Shown here in pieces: positions 24,881 to 36,660 of a stretch of 64,000 nt of DNA. Source of the DNA: Octopus sinensis (lineage: Eukaryota); the NCBI RefSeq assembly GCF_006345805.1, contig NC_043004.1, forward strand, positions 17,174,001 to 17,238,000, in the 5' to 3' direction. The translations under genes and the position numbers were made by a program. Under the pieces are notes generated by a model, which saw nothing but the letters and a program-made list of their open reading frames with translations, did no database searches and had not been told where the DNA came from. How positions within the stretch are numbered: position 1 is the first letter of the stretch; each line of letters begins with the position of its first letter.

Positions 24881-25973
24881 TCATCAAGATATTCTATGAG
24901 CTTTTACATTTTATTCTAGTTCACTTTATCTTTATTAATTTTCATCAATTTGTGTGTATGCTGTTTATCTTACCAACTTATATAGAATTATGTAGATACG
25001 CACACTGATGTGCGAATATATGAATGTATGCATTTGTATGTGTTTATGCGCATGTGTGTACATATGTGTGAACTTAAAACTATATGCGTGTATGTATATT
25101 TTTATATTTTGATATTTTACAATAATTTTATATTCGTATATTTTATATGATTTTATATTTATATTTATGTATAATTTTATGCATTATTACTAGAGCTTTC
25201 TCCAACCACGCTTCACTATACATTTATATATACACTTCATACATTTCTAAATTTTTCATGTATTTTTCAGATAATTGATAAATTTTATGCATTATTGTTA
25301 TATATTACATATATGTTATATATTTTCCCCCAAATACCACCTATGCACACATTTCTAATTCCAAGTTTTAATATATGTATGTTTGTGTGTGTGTGTGTGT
25401 GTGTTTGTGAGTATGTGATTGTGTACACACACACACACACACACAGTCACATAAAACACATTACGCCCATTTTATATTACAGTATATTTTGTATAATATT
25501 ACATTATATTATAACCTATATTAAATTATATCACATTTTATTTCATTACATTATATTATACTATTTTATATCCTATTACCCAGTATTAATTTATTTCATT
25601 TGATTTTATTATATGCTGTATTTTCATTCTATTATTTTTCAACTTTTTAATTTTTAATTTTAACCGTACGTCATCATTTATCACGATTTTTAAAATCAAA
25701 ATCTTATAATTAAATCCGTCAGAGTTGTACCCCTTGAACACTTCAATGTTGTCGTTCATTTTTGGATGGTACTAGCTGTTTTTCTTGTAATGGCTTCATA
25801 CAACAAATGATGAACAGTGGCACATGCTTTGACTACTTATTGAATAACGCCATTCTTGTGACTTGCAGGGAAACTTCAAGTATTGCATATAAATATTTCA
25901 TGTTAAATATTAAATATATATTAAATATATTCCTTTATTTCAATAATATTGGGGTTTACTTTTTTGTTGTTAT

Positions 25974-26010
<37 letters not shown>

Positions 26011-26996
26011 TAGATGGATATCATCTGAGAAAAATACACTGTGTCAGCTTTCACTAAAAATGGTACGTTAGACGAGATGACACTAACACAATTAATTATA
26101 TAAATTACTTGTAAAATTAAGGAAGTGAAATTAACACAAGTAATTATTTAAAAGGAGAAGGAATTTTTTCTTATTGAAGAATGAAAGAGTTACAAAACTG
26201 AAGGAAGAATCTGGAATCTAAAGAAGTTAAAAGGAGAGAGAAAAGACGGAGAAAAAAGATATTTATTTTACATGATGACATTATTAAATAAGACTAAGTC
26301 TAAATATGAATTCATTAAAATGTATGTGTTTGTGTACGCATGTATGTGTGTGCTGACTGCTCTATTCCGTGAGGTGTGTATATAGAGGGTTGTTTTCAAT
26401 GCGCAGTATTGCATTGCAATAATAGCCAGTCAGCTATGTGCAGTTCAGTTCTGTGTTACAACATGGATTGGTCTTGCTAATGATGATGGTTTCATTTATT
26501 CACAAGTTTCCAATGTTTCGTTCTGTGGCATTTTCACGGGTGTTTTTTTTTTAATGGCAGAAGAATTATCATAGAAGTGTTTTTTAACTATATTACTGAA
26601 GTATCAGTGTATTTGTACGTGTATGCGTATTAATATGTTTGTGTGTATACGTATACATAAGTGTGTGCGTAAGGACGTGCATAAGAAGTAAATGAGATCC
26701 TATATTCTTCATGCATTTCTTAACAATGTTATCAATATAATTGAATGGAATTTCCGGCAAATGATATTCCCTGTATGAACGTAATTGACTGGAAGTTTGC
26801 TTATTGCATATTTTTGGTTTCTTCAAATTTAAGATATACTACATTTCTCTGTTTTAATCTCGTGCCATGGTCATAGTTACATTTAACATTAACACTGGTG
26901 ATAATAGTAACATCATAATAATAGTGTTATCGTGGTAAATAATATCGATTTTTAATATTCGCAGATAACCAGTTTTTTTCAATATTGATGCCAGTA

Positions 26997-27590
26997 GGTA
27001 CGGCTATGGTTGTGTAGTTAAGAAGCTTGCTTTATAACCAAGTAGTTTCTGGTTCAGTCCCACTGCGCAGCACCTTGAAAAGGTGTTTTCTACAATAACC
27101 TCGGGGCCAACGAATGTCTTGTGAGTAAATTTGGTAGACAGAAACGTTGCGAGCTGGCAGAAACGTTAGCATGCCGGGCGAAATGCTAAGCGGTATTTTG
27201 TCTGCCGTTACGTTCTGAGTTCAAATTCCGCCGAGGTCGACTTTGCCTTTCATCCTTTCGGGATCGATAAATTAAGTACCAGTTACGCACTGGGGTCGAT
27301 GTAATCGACTTAATCCCTTTGTCTGTCTTTGTTTGTCCCCTCTATATTTAGCCCTTTGTGGGCAATAAAGAAATAAGAAACGTTGTGGAAGCCCGTTGTA
27401 TATGTAGATGTGTATGCGTATTTGTGTTTGTCTTCCTCCCCGTCGTTTGATAACTGGTATTGATTTGTGTATGCCCTTGTAACTTTGCAGGAAAAAAGTG
27501 AATAAAACTTTAAGAAATAACGACTGGGGTCGATTTATTTTACTAAACCCTTCGAGGTGGTACCCCAACATAGCCGGGCTCCAAAGACTG
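26997..27590 (+). mobile_element. SINE-B interrupted by a SINE-A
   Basis: Head GGTACGGCTATGGTTGTGTAGTTAAGAAGCTTGC; body resumes at 27376. Confidence 0.8.
27150..27375 (+). mobile_element. Young SINE-A with 10-bp TSD AGAAACGTTG (27140-27149, 27376-27385)
   Basis: Exact flanking duplication; near-consensus body. Confidence 0.92.
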
Positions 27591-27906
27591 AAAGTTTAGA
27601 ACTTTAATTAAAACGTTATACTCATTAAAATAGTAAATTACTAATTATAAATCTCTCAACTTGAGGCATTCAGTAACAGTACTCTAGACGATGTTTCCTG
27701 GGGTTAAATAACAATAACATTCGTCCTAACCAGGACTGCCACGTTATGTTGACAAATAATCTTTACTCTAGAGTATTGTTACTGAATGTCTCTCGTTGAG
27801 AGGTTTAAAAATAGTAATTTTCCATTTTATTAGATCAGTGATTGTGTGTCACTTTGAAGACTATATATTTCGAACACGGGTTTAGCAGCCCCACCTCTAG
27901 CCGAAC

Positions 27907-29608
27907 AATTTTGTTTTTTTTTTTAAGAATACTAAGCGAAATTTTTGTGCGAAGCCACCATCGTTGGGTGGTAGTGAAACAATTGAAAAAATGAAGAGTT
28001 ACGCAGAAGCTACTGGAAGTCGAGATGCCATAGACCCACGTGTGCTGAAGCTGGGGAGGATGGAATGGAATAAGAAGAAGATAGCCAAATATTATGATAT
28101 GATAACAAAGAAGGGTCAAATATAAAGATGATCCTGCCAGAGGAGGAAAAGAAAAAATGAAAAACAAGACGGAACATTTTCGAATGTAAATAAGAGAATA
28201 GAACACGCGCTGCAGGAAGAGATAGAGGAAATCTTGGAGGAACAAATGGGAGAATGAATAACGTTCTTTACAAGAGGAAGAAAATATGCGACTATAATAG
28301 TAACCTTTGCATCAGAAGAAGGGACGAAAATGAACGATAACATACTGATACTGGGAGAGAAATGGAGGTTTGGAGTCGAACTGTTTGAGCAAAAGAATTG
28401 TAAGGGTCAAGGTGGGAAGAATCGATAGACCCAGAATAGGCAATAGTCGCAATATTTAATTCAGAGCTGGTGAAGGGAAGTGAAAACCTGCATAATAAGC
28501 AGAACTCAACAATTGAATTGGAATTGATGGGGATATGGTTTTGAAGTAATTTGCGCAGTAAGCCCCGAATATTACGACGAAATGGCGGAAACTGGAATTA
28601 CCAAACGGGGAAAAGCTGGAAGTAATGCTGGAGGAGAGACCCCCAAAATGTTACGGATGCGGTGAAAGACGGCACCTGAAAAAGAAATGCCCTAGAGCAG
28701 CAGTAGAAATGGTGGAAGAGAGTGTACAGGAAGATATAGTGGTGGATAAAAAGCAGAAGCAGGGAACAGAATATGACGGGAATTTGATGGAGGTGAAACC
28801 CACGAAAAGAGAGAGAAGAAAGTCACCGACGACAGTGGAATTGAAGAAGTGTAAAGGAATGGAAGAGGAAACCCAACCCACGGTGAGAAACGGAGAAAAC
28901 TTACCAGTGGAAGTACCAGCAAAGGAATTAAAAGTACAGAGTCATTCAGACCAGAAACAAGACAACCCAGAATTACGGAAACCTAAAGACATAGACACAC
29001 AGACGAAACACGTAGAGTTGCAGTCAAACGAACACAGAGAGACACAAATACAAGAACACACAGATTTAGAGACGGAAATACAAGAACACATAAAACAGCA
29101 GGAAATAGGAGCAAAAACAGACATCAAAAGCACAAACGAAAAGAAAAATTATAGTGAGATAGGACACCCCAACTTGAAAGGAGTAAGTGGTAAGTCATTA
29201 TAATTTTGTAAAGACTGTAACTGATAGAAATGATTGTTTGAACTTTTCAGGAAAAAAAATAATGTAAAATTTGAAACTTAAATGAACAGGTTTCCTAAAG
29301 TTTTTTTGAACACTGTGATAAATATTTTGGTCTTCTTTTAGTTTAAAAGAAAAAACAAGAAAAGAAATGAGTAAGGGCTGTATGAACATTGGTAGGGCAA
29401 AAGCGAAGAGGGAAGTCGCGGTTTCGCCTCGGAGCGAGGCTAAAGGTTAAAGGAATACACGGTGTCATCTCGTAGCAAGAGCGAGATGGCCGACTCATTT
29501 GCATTGTAAATATATTTATTTAACATTCATCCTTCATATGTTTTATGTTCCTACATGTCTTTGTATGTCCCCTCTGTAATTAGGTATTGTGCCTGTAATA
29601 AAGAATTA
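27907..29608 (+). mobile_element. ORF1-only non-LTR-like element (family member 3), 1702 bp, 14-bp TSD
   Basis: TSD ACCTCTAGCCGAAC at 27893-27906 and 29609-29622; 3' end TGTAATAAAGAATTA; no endonuclease or RT motifs inside. Confidence 0.85.
27991..29203 (+). pseudogene. Gag-like ORF1 with CCHC zinc knuckle, N-terminal half disrupted
   Basis: MKSYAEA start; QEEIEEIL..FFTRGRKYATIIVTF; VMLEERPPKCYGCGERRHLKKKC (CX2CX4HX4C at 28649-28690); long charged C-terminus. Confidence 0.8.
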
Positions 29609-29628
29609 ACCTCTAGCCGAACGGTTAT

Positions 29629-29673
29629 TCTGTGCTGATGAAGGGAAATAACTCAGACATCACAATACACAGA
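29629..29673 (+). ncRNA. Degenerate hammerhead-ribozyme-like motif
   Basis: Stem I TCTGTG/CACAGA flanks CTGATGA; GAAA core decayed to AGAC. Confidence 0.35.
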
Positions 29674-30059
29674 TATTGTTTTGTGCTGCGCGGAGATGTT
29701 AAACTCCCTTGTTCGAAAACATAAGGTCACAGATAGTGTGTTGTATAGCCAGATGGAGGCGATGTTTCCTGGGGCTAAATAACAGTAACATTCGTCCTAA
29801 CCAGGACTGCCATGTTATGTTGGCAAATAATCTTTACATTATATTCATTCCAATTCCCAAAGGCTCATATAATGTCAATCCAATACTAATGCAAATTATT
29901 CGACATGTATGACTGGCCAACTAACAGAGAAGTGCTGTGCTACGTTATATATGCTTATCGTAGATTTAAAAGTTGCGCACAAAACAGTTGTTGCAACCAT
30001 AACTGCCAGAGTCCATTCACCACAAATTTACTCGTTGACTCGGTCATTAAGTGATACAT

Positions 30060-30300
30060 GGGTACGTGTGCGTGCGTGTGTATGTGTGTGCGTGCGTGAG
30101 TGTGTGAGTATGTGCGTGTGAGTGTGTGTGTATGTGTGAGTGTGCGAGTGTGTGAGTGTGCGTGTGTGAATGCTTTTGTGTGAGTGTGTGTGTGTGAGTG
30201 TGTGTGTGTGCGTGTGTGCGCGTGTGTGTGCATGTGTGAGTGTGTGTGTCTATGTGTATATGTATGTATGTCTATGTATGTGAGTGCGTGTGTGTTTGTA
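30060..30300. repeat. Complex (TG)n/(TGAG)n/(TGCG)n tract
   Basis: Direct reading. Confidence 0.9.
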
Positions 30301-30379
30301 AAATAAAATATTTGTTGCCTCTGTCATTGAACTGCAGCGCCCGATCAGCTCCGTACTTAAGTCTGATGCGTAATCTATC

Positions 30380-30515
30380 GATCTCTTTACAGGGACACAA
30401 ACAAAATCAACACCGGTTGTCAAGCAATGGAAGGGACAAATACAGGCACAAAAACATACATAGATCCAGATATATATATATATACAACGGGCTTCCACAC
30501 AGTTTCCACCAACCA
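30380..30515 (-). mobile_element. SINE-B middle fragment
   Basis: CAACACCGGTTGTCAAGCAATGG..ACAACGGGCTTC. Confidence 0.6.
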
Positions 30516-30890
30516 GTGTCTTTCGCTGACAGGAGATAAGGTCAGACTATTGTCGGACTGATGACGGCTATGGAGCCTGAAACACGCTTCAGCATTTTTC
30601 GTCTTATCTACAGACAATACGTCTGTCTTTTTCCTTGTGTAGCATGTGATCTTCGAAGAATTTGTGATTGTTACGATTATCTCCCCTTCACATATGGAGC
30701 TGATCTTATTTACCATTTAGTACTATGATGCATCGTCTGGAGGCGGAGGTAGCATTAATAAATCAAAAATATATGTTGCATACATTTGATATTCGTGTAT
30801 TTGTCTCTCTTGTTTAAATATATGCCACTGGCCACTCCGAATTACTTTTAGTGGCTCATATTTGCTTAGAAATATGTATGTGTGTGTGCG

Positions 30891-30939
<49 letters not shown>

Positions 30940-31026
30940 AATCCAAACGGGAAAACAAAAAAACAACAACAATGGAACAATTACAGTATTATTATTAATA
31001 GGCGCTCAGGAAATGGAAGTAGGAGG

Positions 31027-31061
31027 GTATGACGTTTCGAGCGGAGCTCTTCGTCGGAAAC
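31027..31061 (-). ncRNA. Minimal (Penelope-type) hammerhead-like motif
   Basis: Minus strand GTTT-CCGACGA-A-GAGC-TCC-GCTC-GAAAC-GTC-ATAC; U4 replaced by C. Confidence 0.5.
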
Positions 31062-31592
31062 ATAAAGAAGGAAGAGAGAGGAAAGAAAGATCCCAAAGCG
31101 GGCAACAGGGATAGAGAAAAAAAAACGACTGGTGTTTACGAGTTACACATGGTGAAAGGCGGAAGTTTACGATAACAAGAGCAAAGTAGGTTTTTAAAGG
31201 CAAAAGAGTGGAGACAAGGTTTGTAACGCAACAGATGTGTGTGTATGTGTGAGTGTGTGCGTGTGCGTGTGTGTATGTGTGTGTGTGAGGCGAGATAAAA
31301 AACAAAAAATATGTATGTGTTAGTGTGTGCGTCTGTGTGTAGGCGTGTGAGGTAGGGCGAGACAGTGGTAAGCATAGCAGACACTGGTCAGTAGTAAGAA
31401 AAAGAAGGAAGGAGGAGGGAGGGAGGGGAAGGGGTGGGGGCGTATGTAGCGTGCCAGCGTGTGTTGAGTAGTAGTGTGTGTGTGTGTGTCCAGTGTCGTG
31501 GTAGTATTAATGGCGAGTAGATTGAATGTGTGTAAGAGTAATGTATATATTTAAGCAATGTGTGTATATGTGTGCGCGTGTGTGTAACAAAA

Positions 31593-31599
<7 letters not shown>

Positions 31600-31667
<68 letters not shown>

Positions 31668-31692
31668 ATATATAATATATATATATATATAG

Positions 31693-31737
<45 letters not shown>

Positions 31738-31830
31738 ATATATAGATATATATATATATATATGGATGTTTATGTATATGTATATATATATAATATATAT
31801 ATATATATGTTTATGTGCGAATATATATAT
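31600..31830. repeat. Long interrupted (TA)n tract
   Basis: Direct reading; similar tracts at ~3150-3360, 4760-4835, 5125-5280, 20260-20445, 42040-42140, 48040-48145, 53700-54020, 55120-55225. Confidence 0.95.
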
Positions 31831-33024
31831 ATATGTATATAGTCTATAAAATATATGTAAGTGCATATATAATATTTCATTGATTTATCCCATGTCAGTA
31901 CGTTTAAATAAATTACGTTCAATATTCTGTTATTTTAGAATTCTAGATTTTACTTCATTTTTTACATATTTATCAATATTAAGCGAAATCTACTTTAGAA
32001 ATGTCAACTACTGCCTGTGTTTGTCAGTTCATATTTTCTATTTAGTATTATTAAAAGTTTGCAATGATTACAATATTCTGCTGTTTTATAAAGTTTATAC
32101 ATACATCTAAACGTTGATGTTACTTGTAATGAGTTATACTTTTGCTGACACAAAGCTGTATTTATAAATTTTATATCAAGAATGTTTGAGTACAATGGCG
32201 TCATTCGTTAATAGATCTCAGAACTGTTCGTATTTCATTTCAGTGTTTTCATTGGTGCAATTCGGTTGCAATAAATAATACATGATATTTTGTTTTATAT
32301 TTTGTATCCGATGTGTGCGTCCTTAAATGTCTACATAGTTCGTCGATATGCGGTGTGTTTTCACAAATACATACATGCGCGCGTGTGAGTATGTATGTAT
32401 ATATACCCATACGTACATATATAAAGCCATACATACAAATATATATTTATAGTAAATGTACTCACAGAAAGCTAAGCAGCACAATTTTAGTTCATCCGAG
32501 ATATTAATTACCGAAAGAGCTCAATGAATTACAGGTAACCGCTGTTATAACTTTGTGTCAGTGTGAATTTAACTGGTGTTTAACAGGTAGACAGAACCTC
32601 AGATATGTAACAGAAAGAAAATATGGAATATTTGTCACAAATCAACCTGCGAGACATCTAGATATATCAGTAACTATTTGTCACGTCAGCAGTTGTTCGG
32701 TGAAGAAAGGAATTCATTTAACGATATAAATATAGTAACAGTTGGTATCATGAATATTTAATATATGAATTGATCAAAAAGAAAGCGATAGCTCTATATA
32801 TCACCGAAAATTCGTAACTGTCTAGACAGGTAGTGAAAACTACCTTTAAAGTTCTCTGAGGGGTTAATATATGACAAATATACCAGACACTATATGGTAG
32901 ACAGATAGGCAGTACAATTTTAGGTCATCTTAGCGTGATACTTAATCACTGATGGTACACGATGACACAACAGGTAGTCAATGATGTATATAGTAAACGA
33001 AAATAGTGTGGAAGCCTTCTATGC

Positions 33025-34530
33025 TGACTTCATCTACCAAGTTTCCCCCACAAGGCAATTAACCAAAATGAGACTATAGTAGAAGACACTTGCCCTAGTT
33101 GCTTTGCATCGAGATTCATCAATAAACCCCTACGCCCTATCTTAACCATTTTTCAAAAGGGATTTTTATTTATAGGGATGATAGCAGCTCCGTTTTTTGT
33201 TCATCATCCAGTTAATGCCGGAGGTGATATAAAAAGATTTTCTTGTCTTTTAACTTTTTCGTTGCAAAATATATTTTGTTTAAGCATTGTCTCTTGTAGT
33301 TTCTAACATGTATGCGTTTCACAAAAATAGATTATATCGCGACGTTGGCATGTGCTTTTTTTTTTACATTGGAGAGAGTTTATTTTAATTAATGTCTCAC
33401 CATAAGTGCAGGCATGGCAAAGTTGATGAGAGAAGCATGTATGATCCAGTGGTTATGAGGTGCTCGTGTGGCTGTGTAGTAATCTATTCGCTTCGCAATC
33501 TCGTGGTCTTGGGTTTTATCCCACTGCGCAAGTACATTCTAAGGTTGGCCAATATCTGGAATTTGGGATTTGGTAAACAGAAACCCTACAGAAAATTGCC
33601 ATGTAAATTCATATGTGTATATCTGTGTTCGCGTTTGTGTTTATGTATTTAACACAACACTAGCAGTTAAAAAACTGGCTTTGCAGCAAAAAAAGGTAAC
33701 TTATTCTCTACGTAATCATCCATCATCTAGGTATCAACAGATAAGCTTGCCAAAATTTTCCAATTCCCATGGTGTACTGCATGCATACACTCACCCAGGC
33801 TCTTGTTTTCAGTCCATTCTAGGATATCAACTGTCTACAGACGTCTTTGACGATGTTTTGCTCTCTTCCCTTTCCACACTTACTGTCAGAATAGTTTGTA
33901 AAATGACGAGCGACGCATTTATGTCCAAAATTTGATAACTTTATGAACTTCATTTTCTCGAGAATTGATGTCTTTGAACTTTCAGATTTTCTAGTACTGC
34001 AGCGTTTGTTACTTTATCTTTCCAGTTTATCCTGCACAATATCAGCATGGGGATTGGGAAATTAATTTTTAATTGTGGGGTTGCGGTGTGTGTTTTTATT
34101 GTTTGTTTGTGTTTGATTTCACCTTTCGTTAATCACAAATATACTAAGGTTAGAATGGTACTGAATATTTTGTTTATTTCTGTATCGTAATATGAAGGAC
34201 ACTGGTCCGTCCTTCAACAGTTTTTGTACTAGATTTGTAACTGGCACCTTCTTCAATACTTTTCTAGTTTTGGAGAAATTAACACTCTGAGTAGTTTGCC
34301 TCCCCACAACGCTTCAAACAGCGTAACGTAGCTGATTCTGAAAGAGAGGAAAATATGGAGGAAGAGAGAGAAGAATTGACTTCAACTATTTAGTTGGGAC
34401 TTCAACTACCGACCCTAAAATGATGAAAGGCAGAGCTAACCTCAGTATAATTTGAATTCAGAGAGTGCAAAGAACTGAAACAAACAGCTAGGAATTTTAT
34501 CCGCTGCTCTAACAAAACTGCTCGTTCGCC
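33025..34530. mobile_element. Three strongly decayed SINE remnants (SINE-B ~33025-33120 minus, SINE-B ~33405-33640 plus, SINE-A ~34385-34530 minus)
   Basis: GACTATAGTAGAAGACACTTGCCC; ATCCCACTGCGC..ATTTGGTAAACAGAAAC; GATGAAAGGCAGAGCTAACCTC. Confidence 0.55.
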
Positions 34531-35337
34531 CATTTCATTGAATATTGCTAAATTTAATTCATCGATAGATTTTTTTTTAATTATTCTCCATATTTTTTAT
34601 TATTTTTTTAGTTTCATCGTACTATATATCTGGGTTGTTTGTTTTGGAGAGTGTCTTCTCTTGTTATTTTATTTTACTTATTTCCTCTTAAATCCATAAA
34701 TAGTTTGTCTATGATTTAGTCAGTGTAGTTATTATTGAATAGGTTTTGTTTATTAGTGTAATACCTTGTGGTACAGAGCGATACTAGACGATGTATTAGA
34801 TGCACTTTCGACGACTTAATAACATGTATCTTTTGTTTATCTGAGAATTCTGCTACGTGTTCAATCAAGTTTGTTTTTGTTTTATAGTGTAGTGAAGAGG
34901 TGTAGTTATTATCATAAACTTAATACGTAAATGACTAATAAAGTATTGAGCGTGATTAGTTCGACCGCATTCCTTCTAAAAAATTACGTGACCTTGTGCG
35001 AAAATAATAAAAAGAATCAATACTTTCATTTGTTGATGTATTTGATCACAACTACGAATGAACATAAAAAAATAACAATAAAACATTTGTATCAACAAAA
35101 GAAAAACTCTATTTACTATTGATTCCACTTTATTTATTTGTTTCCTTTTGTCTTTTTAATCAACTTAAATACTTCTTCGTATTTAACTATGTAGTATCTT
35201 GTTGCTATATATCATGGTGATCTACATCGTTATTTATATTGTTTATCTACTTGAGAGCAACGTTGAGTGATTAAAACATTCTCAAGTCGTTGTTGTGGTT
35301 ATTGTTGTTGTTAATCTTGTTACCGTTGATGTTGTCT

Positions 35338-35368
<31 letters not shown>

Positions 35369-35464
35369 GGTTATCATCGTTGTCGTCGTCGTTGTTGCTG
35401 TCGTCGTTTAACACCAGGCTAGCCATGGTTTAACGGAACTATGATGAGGCCTATGAAGAGAACT

Positions 35465-35710
35465 ATGATCTCAGAGTATCGAAAGCATTACATTCGTTGG
35501 ACCGGACGTGTTGCAAGGTTCTCGGAGAACAGATGGACCCGTGAGGCTGTCGAATGGTATCCAAGAGATCGGGAAAGGACACTTGGAAGGCCTTCACAAG
35601 AATGGGAAGACGACTTTGTTAAGCAATTCGGGTCAAGACAGAAAAGAATAGCGCCATCAAGACACAGTTTGAAACGCATTATGACCAGCATGTATAGAAG
35701 CTGGTCATAA
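35465..35710 (+). pseudogene. RTE-clade LINE ORF2 C-terminal fragment
   Basis: RWTGRVARFSENRWTREAVEWYPRDRERTLGRPSQEWED matches RWAGHVAR..NRWT....W.PR..KR..GRP..RW.D. Confidence 0.8.
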
Positions 35711-36019
35711 CTTACTATAAATCTTACTACTTATAACTTACTATAAATCATTTGAAACAATTTCCCGTGTCTGGAAAACTAATTAGCATCTACACCAAAA
35801 AAGTGGCGAAGTCTGTTGATACTGTGATACTGTGATGATCAAAGGCGTACAAGCTGTAACCCTCCACGAAAATCGTTATACAATGTTTCCTTTAACGGTA
35901 GGTTAATATATATTATGGTGATTTAGTGCTATTTCTAGCTGGTAGAGGTTCTCTTGTTGGATCGTCATTCTTTGGTAAAGCTATTTGTTAACGACTTCAT
36001 TTTTGTAATTCGTAGGCAT

Positions 36020-36660
36020 AGCTGTGCATTAAGAAGTTAGCTTCGCAACCACATGGTTTCGGATTCAGTCCCACTGCGTGGCACTTTGAGTAAGTGTATT
36101 CTTCAAAAGTACCAGGCCGGCCATCATGTGGATAGATTTAGTAAAGTGAAACTGAACGGAACTCCTTGTGTATGTGTGTATAAGTGTTTATGTTTGTTCC
36201 TCTACCGTTTGACAACCGACCTGGTTTGTTTACACCCCAGTAAGTCAGCGGTTCGGCAAAAAACACCGATAGAATAAGTACCAGAATTTTTTTTTAATGG
36301 ATACTGAGGTTGACTTGTTCGACTAAAATCCATAATGGCCACAGTTACATGACTGAAACAAGTAAAAGATGAAGGAAAGGTTGACATATGAAACTTTGTT
36401 TACCAATATTTTATACATTCCCTGACTAAGGGGTTCAGCTGGCAGAACCGTTCGTTAGAATGCCGAATAAAATGCTTAGCGGCATTTCGTTCATCTTTAT
36501 ATTCTGAGTTCAAATTCCGTCGAAGCCAACTTTGCTTTTCATTCTTTAGGGATTGATAAAATAAGTACCAGTCGAACATTGGGGTTGACGTAATCGATTA
36601 TCCCCCTCCCCACAGAAACTTCTGGCGTTGTGCCTACAGCAGAAAGGATTATAAATTCCC
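36020..36660 (+). mobile_element. SINE-B (36020-36368) followed by SINE-A (36435-36660)
   Basis: Family-diagnostic heads and bodies. Confidence 0.8.

Larger units (their letters stand above)
27689..29837 (+). repeat. 78-bp direct repeats (27689-27766, 29760-29837; 4 mismatches) bounding a 355-nt unit interrupted by the ORF1-only element
   Basis: CGATGTTTCCTGGGG(T/C)TAAATAACA(A/G)TAACATTCGTCCTAACCAGGACTGCCA(C/T)GTTATGTTG(A/G)CAAATAATCTTTAC twice. Confidence 0.9.
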
